Positions 49,983-59,546 of a DNA stretch of 64,000 nt are shown piece after piece; the stretch's first letter is position 1; each line of letters starts with the position of its first letter. The DNA is from Myxococcota bacterium (GTDB lineage: Bacteria; Myxococcota_A; UBA9042; PHBI01; JAWLBL01). The notes below the pieces were generated by a model. It had not been told where the DNA came from, ran no database searches, and worked only from the letters and a program-made list of their open reading frames with translations. The stretch covers positions 225,135 through 289,134 of the forward strand of contig JAWLBL010000007.1 of the NCBI GenBank assembly GCA_041687695.1, in the 5' to 3' direction. A program made the translations under genes and the position numbers.

Positions 49983-50500
49983 GTCGCGTCACCCACCTGC
50001 TGCCGTGGGGTGACCGCTGAGCCCAACCGATTGGCCACGCGTTCGCGTGGGCGGCCGCCGCCGGCCCGAGGTCGAGGGAGCGTAGCGCTTTCGGGGCCTT
50101 GACCGGCGATCCGTTGCTGGTGCTTCGAGCTGGTCTTCACGTCTCTCGCGTCCCGCGGCCAGTCCGCGCGCCGGACGGCGCGGCTCGCGCTGTCCGGACC
50201 CCCATTGCGGCGGGCCCTCTCCGGGCCAAGGGCGACCGTGGTGGGCCCCGGTCATCCGTAGGTAGACCGGCGCCAACGACAGGCTCTAGCCCAGGTCAGG
50301 CGGTCGCGCCATGAAGCGTCCGCATCATTTGGCGCACGACGGCGCTCGGTCGACCTCCCCGGTATGGGGAGAACGAACCATGGGCGGACCTTGGACAATG
50401 TCGATGCAGTCGTTCGCGGCCCCGCGCTGCGGGCCGTGCAGGAGCGCGCCGGCCTGGCGTTCGCTCCATGGAGTCGGCGCCACGGACGGCGCGGATCGGA

Positions 50501-50869
50501 TCAGGCCTCGAAGCGGGAGTCGGCGTCGGCGTCGCACTCCGGCGGCGTGAGCATGCCCGAGGCCGCGACGTGGCGCAGCGCGGCCTCGATCGCTTCGGGC
50601 GGTCGCTGCGCGATCGGCGGATCGAGGGCCAGGGTCAGCGCGATCTCGCGCCCGTCGCGCATGAGGCGCACGCGGCGCTCGCGGTCTACGTCGGCCTCGC
50701 AGGCCCGCTGGTAGGCCTGGACGCCGTCGGTGCGCACGCCGTTGACCTCGAGGAGGATGTCCCCGTACCCGATGCCCGCCCGGTGGGCCGGGCTGCCGGG
50801 CAGGCAACCCCAGACCGGCAGGCCGCCAAGGGTGTCGGCGATCGCCTGGATCTCGGCGCGGCGTCTCAT
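50501..50869 (-). CDS. Small PDZ-domain protein
   Basis: PGSPAHRAGI..GDILLEVNG PDZ signature; ATG at 50869 inferred. Confidence 0.75.
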   Translation of the reverse strand: MRRRAEIQAIADTLGGLPVWGCLPGSPAHRAGIGYGDILLEVNGVRTDGVQAYQRACEADVDRERRVRLMRDGREIALTLALDPPIAQRPPEAIEAALRHVAASGMLTPPECDADADSRFEA

Positions 50870-51021
50870 GACGACTCCAGATCTGTTGTGAGGAAGCGGG
50901 AAGCATAGCAGGGGGGGCGGGCCCGAGGGAGGGGGCGGTCGCAAAGGACGGTGTGCCCTGACGAGACCGCGGTCGTTCATAGGGTTGGCGGGGAGGGCCA
51001 ATGGCCGTGAAGGGGGGAGTC

Positions 51022-52089
51022 ATGGAACGAACGGAGACGCGCCGCCCCGGTCGCTGGGGCTGGGCGCTGATCGGGGCCGGCGTCCTGGCGGGGCGCGCCC
51101 TGCTGCGGCGCGGCGAACGCCTGACCGGCCGGGTGGTGCTGGTGACCGGCGGCTCGCGCGGGCTGGGCCTGGCGATGGCCCGGGTGTTGGGGGACCACGG
51201 GGCGCGGCTGGTCATCTGCGCGCGCGACCCGGTCGAGCTCGAGGAGGCGCGCGCGGATCTGGAGGGCCGCGGGGCCGAGGTCCTGGCCGTGACCGCCGAC
51301 GTGACGGTCGCGGCGGACATCGAGCGGCTGGTCGCGCGGACCCGCGAGCGGTTCGGCGGCCTGGACGTGCTGATCAACAACGCCGGCATCATCCAGGTCG
51401 GGCCGCTCGAGCACCTGTCGCGGCAGGACTTCGAGCGGGCGATGGCCGTCATGTTCTGGGGGCCGCTCGATCTCGTCCGCGCCTTCCTGCCCGACCTGCG
51501 GGCGCACGGGCGCGGGAGGATCGTCAATGTGACGTCGATCGGCGGCGTGGTGGCGGTCCCGCACCTGTTGCCCTACAGCTGCGGCAAGTTCGCCGAGGTC
51601 GGGCTGTCCGAGGGGCTCGCGGCCGAGCTGGATCGCGAGGGCATCGCGGTCACCACCATCGTGCCGGGGCTGATGCGGACCGGCTCGCCCATCCAGGCCG
51701 AGGTGAAGGGGCGCCAGGAGGAGGAGCTGACCTGGTTCGCGCTGGGCGACTCGCTGCCCATCACCTCGATGTCGGCCGAGCGCGCCGCCCGGCGCATCGT
51801 GCTGGCCCTGCGTCGGCGCGAGCGCTTCGTCACGTTGTCCTGGCAGGCCAAGGCGCTGCGCCTGGTGCACGCCCTGGCCCCCGCGACGACCATCCGCGGC
51901 CTGGCCTGGGTGAACCGGGCGCTGCCGTCGCCCCGGGGCGGCTCGAGCGAGGCGGTCAAGGGGATGCAGCTGACCTCGTCCCTGGTGCCGTCCCGGTGGA
52001 CGGTGCTGATGAACCGCGCGGCGCGCCGGCTCAACGAGCTGGGCGGATCGCTGCGGCCGTCGCCCGAGCACGCGCGCCGGATCCAGTGA
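51022..52089 (+). CDS. Short-chain dehydrogenase/reductase
   Basis: TGGSRGLG, NNAG, SIGG, YSCGK. Confidence 0.92.
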   Translation: MERTETRRPGRWGWALIGAGVLAGRALLRRGERLTGRVVLVTGGSRGLGLAMARVLGDHGARLVICARDPVELEEARADLEGRGAEVLAVTADVTVAADIERLVARTRERFGGLDVLINNAGIIQVGPLEHLSRQDFERAMAVMFWGPLDLVRAFLPDLRAHGRGRIVNVTSIGGVVAVPHLLPYSCGKFAEVGLSEGLAAELDREGIAVTTIVPGLMRTGSPIQAEVKGRQEEELTWFALGDSLPITSMSAERAARRIVLALRRRERFVTLSWQAKALRLVHALAPATTIRGLAWVNRALPSPRGGSSEAVKGMQLTSSLVPSRWTVLMNRAARRLNELGGSLRPSPEHARRIQ

Positions 52090-52099
52090 GCGGAGGCCG

Positions 52100-52216
52100 C
52101 GGGCCGTGGCTCCCAGGGCCGTGAGCGTGGCCGTGGGGGCCAGGGCCCGTGGGCCATGAGCGTGGCCGTGGCCTCGAGGCCGTGGCCGTGAGCGTGGCCT
52201 TGGCCGTGGCCGTGGG
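52100..52216. repeat. Low-complexity (GGCCGT/GAGCGT)n tract
   Basis: Visible hexamer repeats of the same type as 31960-32130. Confidence 0.7.
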
Positions 52217-52330
52217 CGCTGATGGACTCCAGGTGGTGCGGCGCCCCGGCGCGTGGCGGGTGGGGCGCCCGTCTGCTACAAGGGCGTTGCAGACACGCGG
52301 CCCGGCACGTGGCCGCGAGAGGGGGCGCCC

Positions 52331-53032
52331 ATGACGACGGGGGGCAGCGGAGGCGGACTCGCGAGGTGGGTCACGGCGCTGGTCGCCGCGGCCAGCTTCG
52401 CCGCGGTGCCCGCCGCCCGCGCCGAGAAGCCGACCCGCGGCCAGGGCGGCTACGCGTGTCAGGCGCGCCCGGTCGGCGGCGTCGTCGCCTTCGGCTGCAA
52501 GGGGGCGCCCGGCGGCGGGCGTCTGTTCGTGCTGGACCAGGACCTGACGCGGGTCCGCCTGTCCGGGCACGGCGAGCCCGGCCTCGGCGAGTTCGTCGGC
52601 TTCGGTCGCACCCACGCCGCCTGGGGCGCCGCGAAGGTGCCGGCCCTCGAGGTCCGGTTCCTGGCGCCTGGCGCGGGCAAGGAGCGGGCGGGGAGCGCGC
52701 GGCGGCCGGTCCTGCGCCTGCTGGTCGCCGGCGCGATGGTCACCCTGGTCGATCCGGCGCGCGGCGAGGCGGCCTCGGCGTCGCCGTGCCTGACCCTGGT
52801 CGAGATGATGTGCGCGGCCGCGGGGGAGCGGCTCTGCGGCGAGATCCGGCGCGAGGTCGACGGCAAGGTCTCGACCGAGGCCGAGGAGCGGCAGTGCGCC
52901 GAGCTGCTCGGCGATCCCGCCCGGCTGCGCGAGCTGGTCGACGCGGCGCGCGCGGCGGGCGAGCGGGCGCCAGGGCCGGCCCCGAGGCCCGCGCCAGGGC
53001 CAGCCATCGACCCGCCGCGCGTGTCCGAGTGA
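52331..53032 (+). CDS. Hypothetical secreted protein
   Basis: Signal peptide ending VPAARA, six Cys, Pro-rich tail. Confidence 0.55.
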   Translation: MTTGGSGGGLARWVTALVAAASFAAVPAARAEKPTRGQGGYACQARPVGGVVAFGCKGAPGGGRLFVLDQDLTRVRLSGHGEPGLGEFVGFGRTHAAWGAAKVPALEVRFLAPGAGKERAGSARRPVLRLLVAGAMVTLVDPARGEAASASPCLTLVEMMCAAAGERLCGEIRREVDGKVSTEAEERQCAELLGDPARLRELVDAARAAGERAPGPAPRPAPGPAIDPPRVSE

Positions 53033-53034
53033 GG

Positions 53035-53499
53035 TCAGAGCCGCCGGGCCAGGGCGCGCCCGGCGCCAACCACGGCAGCGTCCTCGAGCGCGCCCGCCGC
53101 GAAGGGCGGCATGCGGTCGGAGACGAACTGGCGCAGCTTGCGCGAGGCGAAGGTCGCGGCCATGGCGGCCGCGGCGCCGGCCAGCGCGCCCGGGAGCAAG
53201 GCCCGCCCCGCGGCGCCCATCACGGCGGCCGCCGCCAGGGCCCCGGCGCCGGAGCGCACGACCAGCGACGGGGGCGTCGTCCGGCTGGGGATGCCGGGCA
53301 GCTTGTCCGCGGCCAGCTCGCCCGCGGCGGCCCACTGGAGCCCGCGCGCCACCCGGCGGTCCGAGAGCCAGCGCAGCGGGCCCGAGGCCGGGTGATCGGG
53401 CGCGCGCGACAGGCGGCCGGCGACCAGCGCGAGCGGCATCATCGAGCGGTGGCCGGCCAGCAGGCCGAGGCCGACGGCGGTCCAGAGATCGCGGCTCAT
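53035..53499 (-). CDS. DUF4126-like membrane protein
   Basis: G..AG.RSM.P, GELAADKLP.IPSR, EDA motifs; GGAGGTG RBS. Confidence 0.75.
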   Translation of the reverse strand: MSRDLWTAVGLGLLAGHRSMMPLALVAGRLSRAPDHPASGPLRWLSDRRVARGLQWAAAGELAADKLPGIPSRTTPPSLVVRSGAGALAAAAVMGAAGRALLPGALAGAAAAMAATFASRKLRQFVSDRMPPFAAGALEDAAVVGAGRALARRL

Positions 53500-53522
53500 G
53501 GCGTCACCTCCGGTCCCCCGGC

Positions 53523-54758
53523 TCAACGCCGCACCTGGGTGCGGTCGCGGAAGCGCTCGACGGGGTGCTCGCCCTCGAGGGACTGGCGGTAGTCCTCGCC
53601 GTCGAGCCCGATGCGGTCGGCGATGACGCGCTGGCTCGGCACCGCGGCGTCCCCGTCTCCGTGGACCTTGGCCTGGTAGTCGAAGTAGCGGTCGTCGCGG
53701 CTCAGGCGGTCCATCGGCACGAAGTCGGTGTCTCGCCCGGTGAGGTCGATCTGCCGGCGCAGCACGTCGCGCACGTAGTCGATGTTGGACTGAAAGCGCG
53801 TCGGCTCGGGCAGCCGCTTGGGCAGGATCTGCTCGGGGTCACGGCCCTCGTGCTTGCGCATCAGCTCGCAGGCCGCCTTGAGCTGCTCGATCTCCATGGC
53901 GAGGTGCAGCTCCCACAGCTGCTTGATGCGCGGGTCCGTCTCCTCGGTCATGAACGAGTGGTACAGGTAGCACTCGTTGTACTGGTGCAGGACCTCGCCC
54001 TCGAACCAGGACTCGGTCGGGTCCAGCAGCGACTCGTAGTGGGTCACGTGCTGCTCCTCGATCTGGCCGATCTCGAGGTACAGCGCCCGCGCCAGCGGCT
54101 CGAGCGGGCGGTTGCCGATGGTCATGTAGAAGTTCATCGTCTGCTGCTCGGCCGCCGTGATGGTCAGCAGGTGCAGCTTGGTCAGCGGGTCGGCCCGCTC
54201 GCCGTCGATGGGGCGGCGCACGTCGTCGTGCGGGTGCCGGTGCTCCGAGATGGTCGGCCGGCCCGGCAGGATCTCGGTCAGCTCGCCGGTGATCTCCTCG
54301 GCCCGGCGATGGCCGCCGATGAGCGCCATCAGGTTGGCGTAGCGGTACAGGTGGTCGAAGTCTTCGAGCAGGCCGAACTCGAGCGCCTGCTCGACGTAGG
54401 CGTCGGGCTCGGTGCGGGCCAGGTAGGCCGTCAGATCAACGGCGACCTGCTCGTAGCCGATGGTGACCTCGAGCGTGGTCTCGTCCGCCGGGATGAGCCA
54501 GTTGACGGCCTTCTGCTGCTGCTGCTCGATGCGCCGCGTCACCGCGAGCGACCGCCGCACCTCGGGGATGGGGCAGTGGCGCGCGAACTGGTGCGAGTGC
54601 AGCACGCCCTCCACCTCGATGCCGTTGAGCGCGATGATGCGCGTGCGCGTGTACGGGTGCACCTCGCGCTTGTCGTACGGCCTGGTGTTCAGCTCGCTCC
54701 AGTTGCGCAGCTGCTTGTCGAGCGGGATCCCCTTCTCCTCGAGCGGGTTGAAGCCCAT
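53523..54758 (-). CDS. Ferritin-like (tandem ExxH) protein
   Basis: EDFDHLYRY, AAEQQTMNFY, IEEQHVTHYES motifs; helical; GAGGAGG RBS. Confidence 0.75.
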   Translation of the reverse strand: MGFNPLEEKGIPLDKQLRNWSELNTRPYDKREVHPYTRTRIIALNGIEVEGVLHSHQFARHCPIPEVRRSLAVTRRIEQQQQKAVNWLIPADETTLEVTIGYEQVAVDLTAYLARTEPDAYVEQALEFGLLEDFDHLYRYANLMALIGGHRRAEEITGELTEILPGRPTISEHRHPHDDVRRPIDGERADPLTKLHLLTITAAEQQTMNFYMTIGNRPLEPLARALYLEIGQIEEQHVTHYESLLDPTESWFEGEVLHQYNECYLYHSFMTEETDPRIKQLWELHLAMEIEQLKAACELMRKHEGRDPEQILPKRLPEPTRFQSNIDYVRDVLRRQIDLTGRDTDFVPMDRLSRDDRYFDYQAKVHGDGDAAVPSQRVIADRIGLDGEDYRQSLEGEHPVERFRDRTQVRR

Positions 54759-54875
54759 GTCGCCCTCCTCGGGTCGTCGCGTGGATCTCGAGGTCGCCGC
54801 CCCCGGATGACGGGGGGCGGCGGCTCCTCCTCGGACCCTACGAACCCGGCATGGGCGATCGACGGCTTGACCGGC

Positions 54876-55256
54876 TCAGCGCGGGCGCAGCTCGCCGGCG
54901 CGGCGGGCCTTGTCTTCGTAGTACTGCCGCCAGGAGCGTGGAGGCTGAGTGGCTTCGCTGGGGATGATGGCGAACAGGGCCAGGGTGAGCCCGACCAGGA
55001 TGAGGTTCTGGTAGCCGGGCGGCGAGGGGTGGCCGTGGCCGAAGTAGCCGACGGCGGCGAGCGCCAGGCCGGCCGCGAGCGTCACCAGGTGCGCGCGGTG
55101 GGCCGGACCCCAGAACGCCAGGCAGGACACGCAGAAGACGCCCAGCCCGAAGGCGAGGTCGACGACCAGCAGGGTCGTGTCGCCGACGTGGCCGAAGACG
55201 AAGGGGCTGACGAGCAGCCACAGGCCCAACATGGCTTCGATGGCGCGTGGCCACAT
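54876..55256 (-). CDS. SPW-repeat membrane protein
   Basis: LGLWLLVSPFVFG motif, four TM helices. Confidence 0.75.
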   Translation of the reverse strand: MWPRAIEAMLGLWLLVSPFVFGHVGDTTLLVVDLAFGLGVFCVSCLAFWGPAHRAHLVTLAAGLALAAVGYFGHGHPSPPGYQNLILVGLTLALFAIIPSEATQPPRSWRQYYEDKARRAGELRPR

Positions 55257-55259
55257 CGG

Positions 55260-55877
55260 TCAGCTCCTGTCGAGAGCGACGAGCTCGGCGCGGGCGTCGG
55301 GGCGGCCGCAGAAGACGCGCCAGAGCAGGCGCGGGTCGCGATGGCGCGTCCAGACGCGGCGCAGGTACTTCAGGCAGGCCCAGACCTCGTCGTAGGCGAG
55401 GGCGATGAGCACGAAGGAGATGAGCGCCGAGACCAGGCAGAGGAAGCACCAGGACCCGACGACCGCGCCCTGCGCGACGACGAGGATGGCGCTGACGCCG
55501 CCGAGCGGGATGACGTCGATGCCGAAGACGATGACCATCCAGGGCCGGAACTGCCAGCGGCGCGTCGAGCCCGCGAGGCCCAGGATGGCCTCGCTCAGGT
55601 AGCCCCAGGCGCCGAGGGCCGCGTCGGGGATGCGGATCCTGCGCTGCATGTCGTGGGACAGGTCCGACGACAGGACCGCCGTGGTCTGGCCGCCGAAGAC
55701 CGGGTCCCAGACGCTGTCGATGAGGTTCCACTGGTACAACGCCATGTAGGTCGAGATGACGCAGCCCAGCCCGGCGAGGATGCAGATGGGGATCCGCTGG
55801 TTCCAGGCGGACGGGTTGCGCTCGAAAGGGGGCGCGTCGACGGCGAGATCGACCGCGCGGTCCCAGACCTCGGCCAT
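55260..55877 (-). CDS. Vitamin K epoxide reductase (VKOR) family protein
   Basis: [18 protein letters not shown] redox motif; GAGGAG RBS before ATG 55877. Confidence 0.85.
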   Translation of the reverse strand: MAEVWDRAVDLAVDAPPFERNPSAWNQRIPICILAGLGCVISTYMALYQWNLIDSVWDPVFGGQTTAVLSSDLSHDMQRRIRIPDAALGAWGYLSEAILGLAGSTRRWQFRPWMVIVFGIDVIPLGGVSAILVVAQGAVVGSWCFLCLVSALISFVLIALAYDEVWACLKYLRRVWTRHRDPRLLWRVFCGRPDARAELVALDRS

Positions 55878-56004
55878 GGTGTGCTCCTCGAGGCGGCTCG
55901 GCGCGCGTCGGGTGCCCGGGCTCACTGCGGGGGGCGGGCCGTTCGATGGGGCGGGCGCGTTGGGGGGCCTCGACGAGGAGAGTAGGCGCGGGCGTCGGCC
56001 TCGC

Positions 56005-57003
56005 CTAGGCGGGGCTGAACGCCCAGACCACCTCGCGCTCGGGCCAGCGCAGGGCGCCGGCGCAGGGCGTCTTGGTGGCGAGCAGGGCGCCGTTGTAGTC
56101 GACGCAGATGGCGCGCGCGTCCTCGGGGACCGGCGCGCGGCCGGTGGGCGGCAGGTGCGGCGCCAGCGCTTTCAGCCAGGCGACCAGCGCGGGGGTGCCG
56201 CTGGGGTAGGGCGGGGCGAAGGCGTCGTGGTGACCCGGCAGGGGCGGCAGGTTCCAATAGTGTCCGAAGACGACCGGCTTGTCGGTCGGGACGTCCTCGT
56301 TGGTGTCGTGCCACCAGGTCACGCGCTCGCGGTTGCGCACGGCGCCGTCCTTGTCGGCGAAGCTGGCCGCGATGGGCCGCTCGTGGCCCTTGATGAGCAG
56401 CTCGTGGCGCAGATCCTCCTGGCCCTCGGGGAGGTCGGTCGGGACGTCGGGGTGGAGATCGGCGCCGTGGATGGGCGAGGCGACCGCGACGTGGCGCAGC
56501 AGCCACTCGACGGGGGAGCGCGCCGGGTCGGCCGAGGGCGGGCCGGACGACAGGCCCAGCGCAGGCGACAGGGCGTCGACGCAGTGCGACAGCCACACGG
56601 CGTGGACGATGCGCAGGTCGGGCAGCTCGATGGCCAGCGGCAGGCGGGCGAAGAAGTCCAGGACCGGCCCCCAGCGCTCGGGGCGCCGCTCGATGTCGGC
56701 GATGGTGTCCGCGTTGGAGTGCTTGACCTTCATCTTGCCCTGGCGGTTACGCACCAGGTTGTACTCGTGGTTGCCCATCAGGCAGACCGCCTCGCCGCGC
56801 TGGACCAGGGCCATCACGCGCTCGGCGATCTCGAGGCTGTGGGCGCCGCGGTCGACCAGATCCCCCAGGAAGACCAGGGTGCGGCCGTCGGGGTGGCGCC
56901 AGTCGGCGTCGTAGCCGAGCTGGGCGAGCAGGCGCTCCAGGGCGGGGAGGGCGCCATGGACGTCGCCGATGATGTCGAGGAGAGGCGTGCTGTGGGTCTG
57001 CAT
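56005..57003 (-). CDS. Metallophosphoesterase (ApaH/PrpE-like)
   Basis: [27 protein letters not shown]. Confidence 0.9.
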   Translation of the reverse strand: MQTHSTPLLDIIGDVHGALPALERLLAQLGYDADWRHPDGRTLVFLGDLVDRGAHSLEIAERVMALVQRGEAVCLMGNHEYNLVRNRQGKMKVKHSNADTIADIERRPERWGPVLDFFARLPLAIELPDLRIVHAVWLSHCVDALSPALGLSSGPPSADPARSPVEWLLRHVAVASPIHGADLHPDVPTDLPEGQEDLRHELLIKGHERPIAASFADKDGAVRNRERVTWWHDTNEDVPTDKPVVFGHYWNLPPLPGHHDAFAPPYPSGTPALVAWLKALAPHLPPTGRAPVPEDARAICVDYNGALLATKTPCAGALRWPEREVVWAFSPA

Positions 57004-57080
57004 GACCCGGCAGCCTAGGGCGTCTGCGCCGCCTTGACCAGCGTGGCGTCGGGCGCGCGGGCGGTGGTAGGCTGCCCGCC

Positions 57081-59468
57081 ATGAAGACAGCCCAGCTCAT
57101 CGGCCTGGCGGCGTTGCTCCTCCTCGTCCTCGCGCCCGCGCGCGCGGAGGCCAGCTGCGCGGGGATCCCCATCAACGGCCAGTGCCAGGGCGACACCCTG
57201 CGCTACTGCGCGGGTGACGTGACGGTCGAGATCGACTGCGGCTGGTTCGGCAAGACCTGCGGCGTCGAGTCGCTGTTCGGGCTCATCCCGGTGATGGCCT
57301 GCGTCGACGAGCAGCCCGGCGTGAACCCGTGCCAGGGCGTCGTGTGCGGCGGCAGCTGCGGGACGTGCCCTTCAGGTCAGGTCTGTAACGTCTACGGCCA
57401 GTGCGTGGACCCGCAGGGCTGCATCCCCGACTGCGCGGGCAAGGCCTGCGGCGGCGACGGCTGCGGCGGCGCGTGCGGCGCCTGCCCCGACGGGTACAGC
57501 TGCGGCTACTCGTTCCAGTGCGTCGCCCTCGAGACCTGCGCGGCGACGTGCTCGGGGCGCGAGTGCGGTGGCGACGGCTGCGGCGGACACTGCGGCTTCT
57601 GCGCGGCGGACGAGAGCTGCAACTACGCCTACGACTGCGTGAAGAAGATCGGCTGCACCCCGAGCTGCAGCGGCAAGACCTGCGGCGGCGACGGCTGCGG
57701 GGGCAGCTGCGGGACCTGCCCGGCCACCCACAGCTGCAGCTTCAACTACGAGTGCGTGCCCAAGAGCGGCTCGTGCACGCCCAGCTGCGCCGGCAAGGTC
57801 TGCGGGTCGGACGGCTGCGGGGGGAGTTGCGGGACGTGCCCGGCCGGCTCGAGCTGCAAGTACGACGGGACCTGCACCGGGGGCGGCGGCTGCACGCCGT
57901 CGTGCGGCGGCAAGCAGTGCGGCTCGGACGGGTGCGGCGGGTCGTGCGGCACCTGTCCGGCCGGCCAGTGGTGCGGCGCGACCGGGCAGTGCACGGACGG
58001 CGGCGCCTGCGTGCCGGACTGCGACGGCAAGGTGTGCGGCGGCGACGGCTGCGGCGGGTCGTGCGGCAGCTGCGCGCCCGGGGTCAGCTGCAAGTACGAC
58101 GGGTCGTGCGCGGCCACGGGGGGCTGCGTGCCGCAGTGCGACGGCAAGCAGTGCGGCTCGGACGGCTGTGGTGGCCTGTGCGGCGGCTGCGCCCAGGGCC
58201 AGAGCTGCAAGTACGACGGCAGCTGCGTGGACGCTGGCGGCTGCGTGCCCGACTGCGCGGGGCGCGAGTGCGGCGGCGACGGCTGCGGCGGGACCTGCGG
58301 CGCGTGCGCGGCGGGCGTGAGCTGCAAGTACGACGGGACGTGCGTGGGCAGCGGCGGCTGCGTCCCGGCCTGCGAGGGCAAGGTGTGCGGCGGCGACGGG
58401 TGCGGCGGGACCTGCGGCAGCTGCGCGCCGGGGGTGAGCTGCAAGTACGACGGGACCTGCGTCGGCGGCTCGGGGTGCGTCGCCCAGTGCGCCGGCAAGC
58501 AGTGCGGGTCGGACGGGTGCGGCGGGACCTGCGGCAGCTGCGCGCCGGGCGTGAGCTGTAAATACGACGGGACGTGCGCGGACGGCGGCGCCTGCGTGCC
58601 GGCCTGCGCCGGGAAGGTCTGCGGCCCGGACGGGTGCGGCGGGACCTGCGGCGCGTGCCCGGCGGGCCAGAGCTGCGCGTGGGACGGCACCTGCAGCGGC
58701 GCGCCGGTGTGCACGCCCGACTGCCAGGGCAAGGCGTGCGGCGGGGACGGGTGCGGCGGGTCGTGCGGGAGCTGCGCGTCCGGGGCCAGCTGCGCGCCCG
58801 AGGGGGTCTGCGTCGTGCCGCGCGGGTGCGTGCCCGATTGTGCGCTGCGGGAGTGCGGCGGCGACGGGTGCGGCGGGACCTGCGGGGACTGCGGGCCCGG
58901 GATGGCGTGCGACGACGACGGGGTGTGCGAGGCGGTCGAGCCCGGGTGCGTGCCGGACTGCACGGGCCGGCAGTGCGGGGGCGACGGGTGCGGCGGGAGC
59001 TGCGGCGGGTGCAAGGCGCTCGAGACCTGCGGCGCGCTGGGGGTGTGCGAGCCCATGGCGTGCGAGCCGCTGTGCGCGGCGGACGGGCGCGAGTGCGGCC
59101 CGGACGGGTGCGGCGGGAGCTGCGGCGCCTGCGAGGGGGGCGCGGCCTGCCTGATGCCCGCGGGGCGGTGCGAGGTCGGGTGCGCGCCGTCGTGCGAGGG
59201 GCGATCGTGTGGGTCGGACGGCTGCGGGGGCAGCTGCGGGGCCTGCGGCGAGGGGGCGTCGTGCACGGAGGCGGGCCAGTGCGTCGCGCCGGGCTGTGTG
59301 GGCGCCGAGTGTCTGGCGCCCACGCCCGAGGACCCCGACACGCAGACCACCGGGCGCGCCAGCGACGGCTGCGCGGGCGGGCGGGGTGGGGCGGGCGCGC
59401 TGGCCTTCGGGATGCTGCTGGGCCTGTTGGCGGTGGTCCGGCGGGGGGCGGCGCGGGCGCGGGGCTGA
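57081..59468 (+). CDS. Cys-rich repeat surface protein with a MYXO-CTERM-like anchor
   Basis: Signal peptide; 16 repeats of CxxxCxGKxCGxDGCGGxCGxC; C-terminal SDGC...hydrophobic helix...RR. Confidence 0.88.
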   Translation: MKTAQLIGLAALLLLVLAPARAEASCAGIPINGQCQGDTLRYCAGDVTVEIDCGWFGKTCGVESLFGLIPVMACVDEQPGVNPCQGVVCGGSCGTCPSGQVCNVYGQCVDPQGCIPDCAGKACGGDGCGGACGACPDGYSCGYSFQCVALETCAATCSGRECGGDGCGGHCGFCAADESCNYAYDCVKKIGCTPSCSGKTCGGDGCGGSCGTCPATHSCSFNYECVPKSGSCTPSCAGKVCGSDGCGGSCGTCPAGSSCKYDGTCTGGGGCTPSCGGKQCGSDGCGGSCGTCPAGQWCGATGQCTDGGACVPDCDGKVCGGDGCGGSCGSCAPGVSCKYDGSCAATGGCVPQCDGKQCGSDGCGGLCGGCAQGQSCKYDGSCVDAGGCVPDCAGRECGGDGCGGTCGACAAGVSCKYDGTCVGSGGCVPACEGKVCGGDGCGGTCGSCAPGVSCKYDGTCVGGSGCVAQCAGKQCGSDGCGGTCGSCAPGVSCKYDGTCADGGACVPACAGKVCGPDGCGGTCGACPAGQSCAWDGTCSGAPVCTPDCQGKACGGDGCGGSCGSCASGASCAPEGVCVVPRGCVPDCALRECGGDGCGGTCGDCGPGMACDDDGVCEAVEPGCVPDCTGRQCGGDGCGGSCGGCKALETCGALGVCEPMACEPLCAADGRECGPDGCGGSCGACEGGAACLMPAGRCEVGCAPSCEGRSCGSDGCGGSCGACGEGASCTEAGQCVAPGCVGAECLAPTPEDPDTQTTGRASDGCAGGRGGAGALAFGMLLGLLAVVRRGAARARG

Positions 59469-59546
59469 ACGGGCCCGACCGCTCCTTTGCCGGGCGCCGG
59501 GCTTTGCCGTGTAATCGGGGGGACCCGGTCACGAGGCCCCCCAGCG

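Noticed and set aside
49989..50500. Short ORFs between the LuxR and PDZ genes
   Set aside because: No coding-like composition or motifs; treated as a regulatory intergenic region
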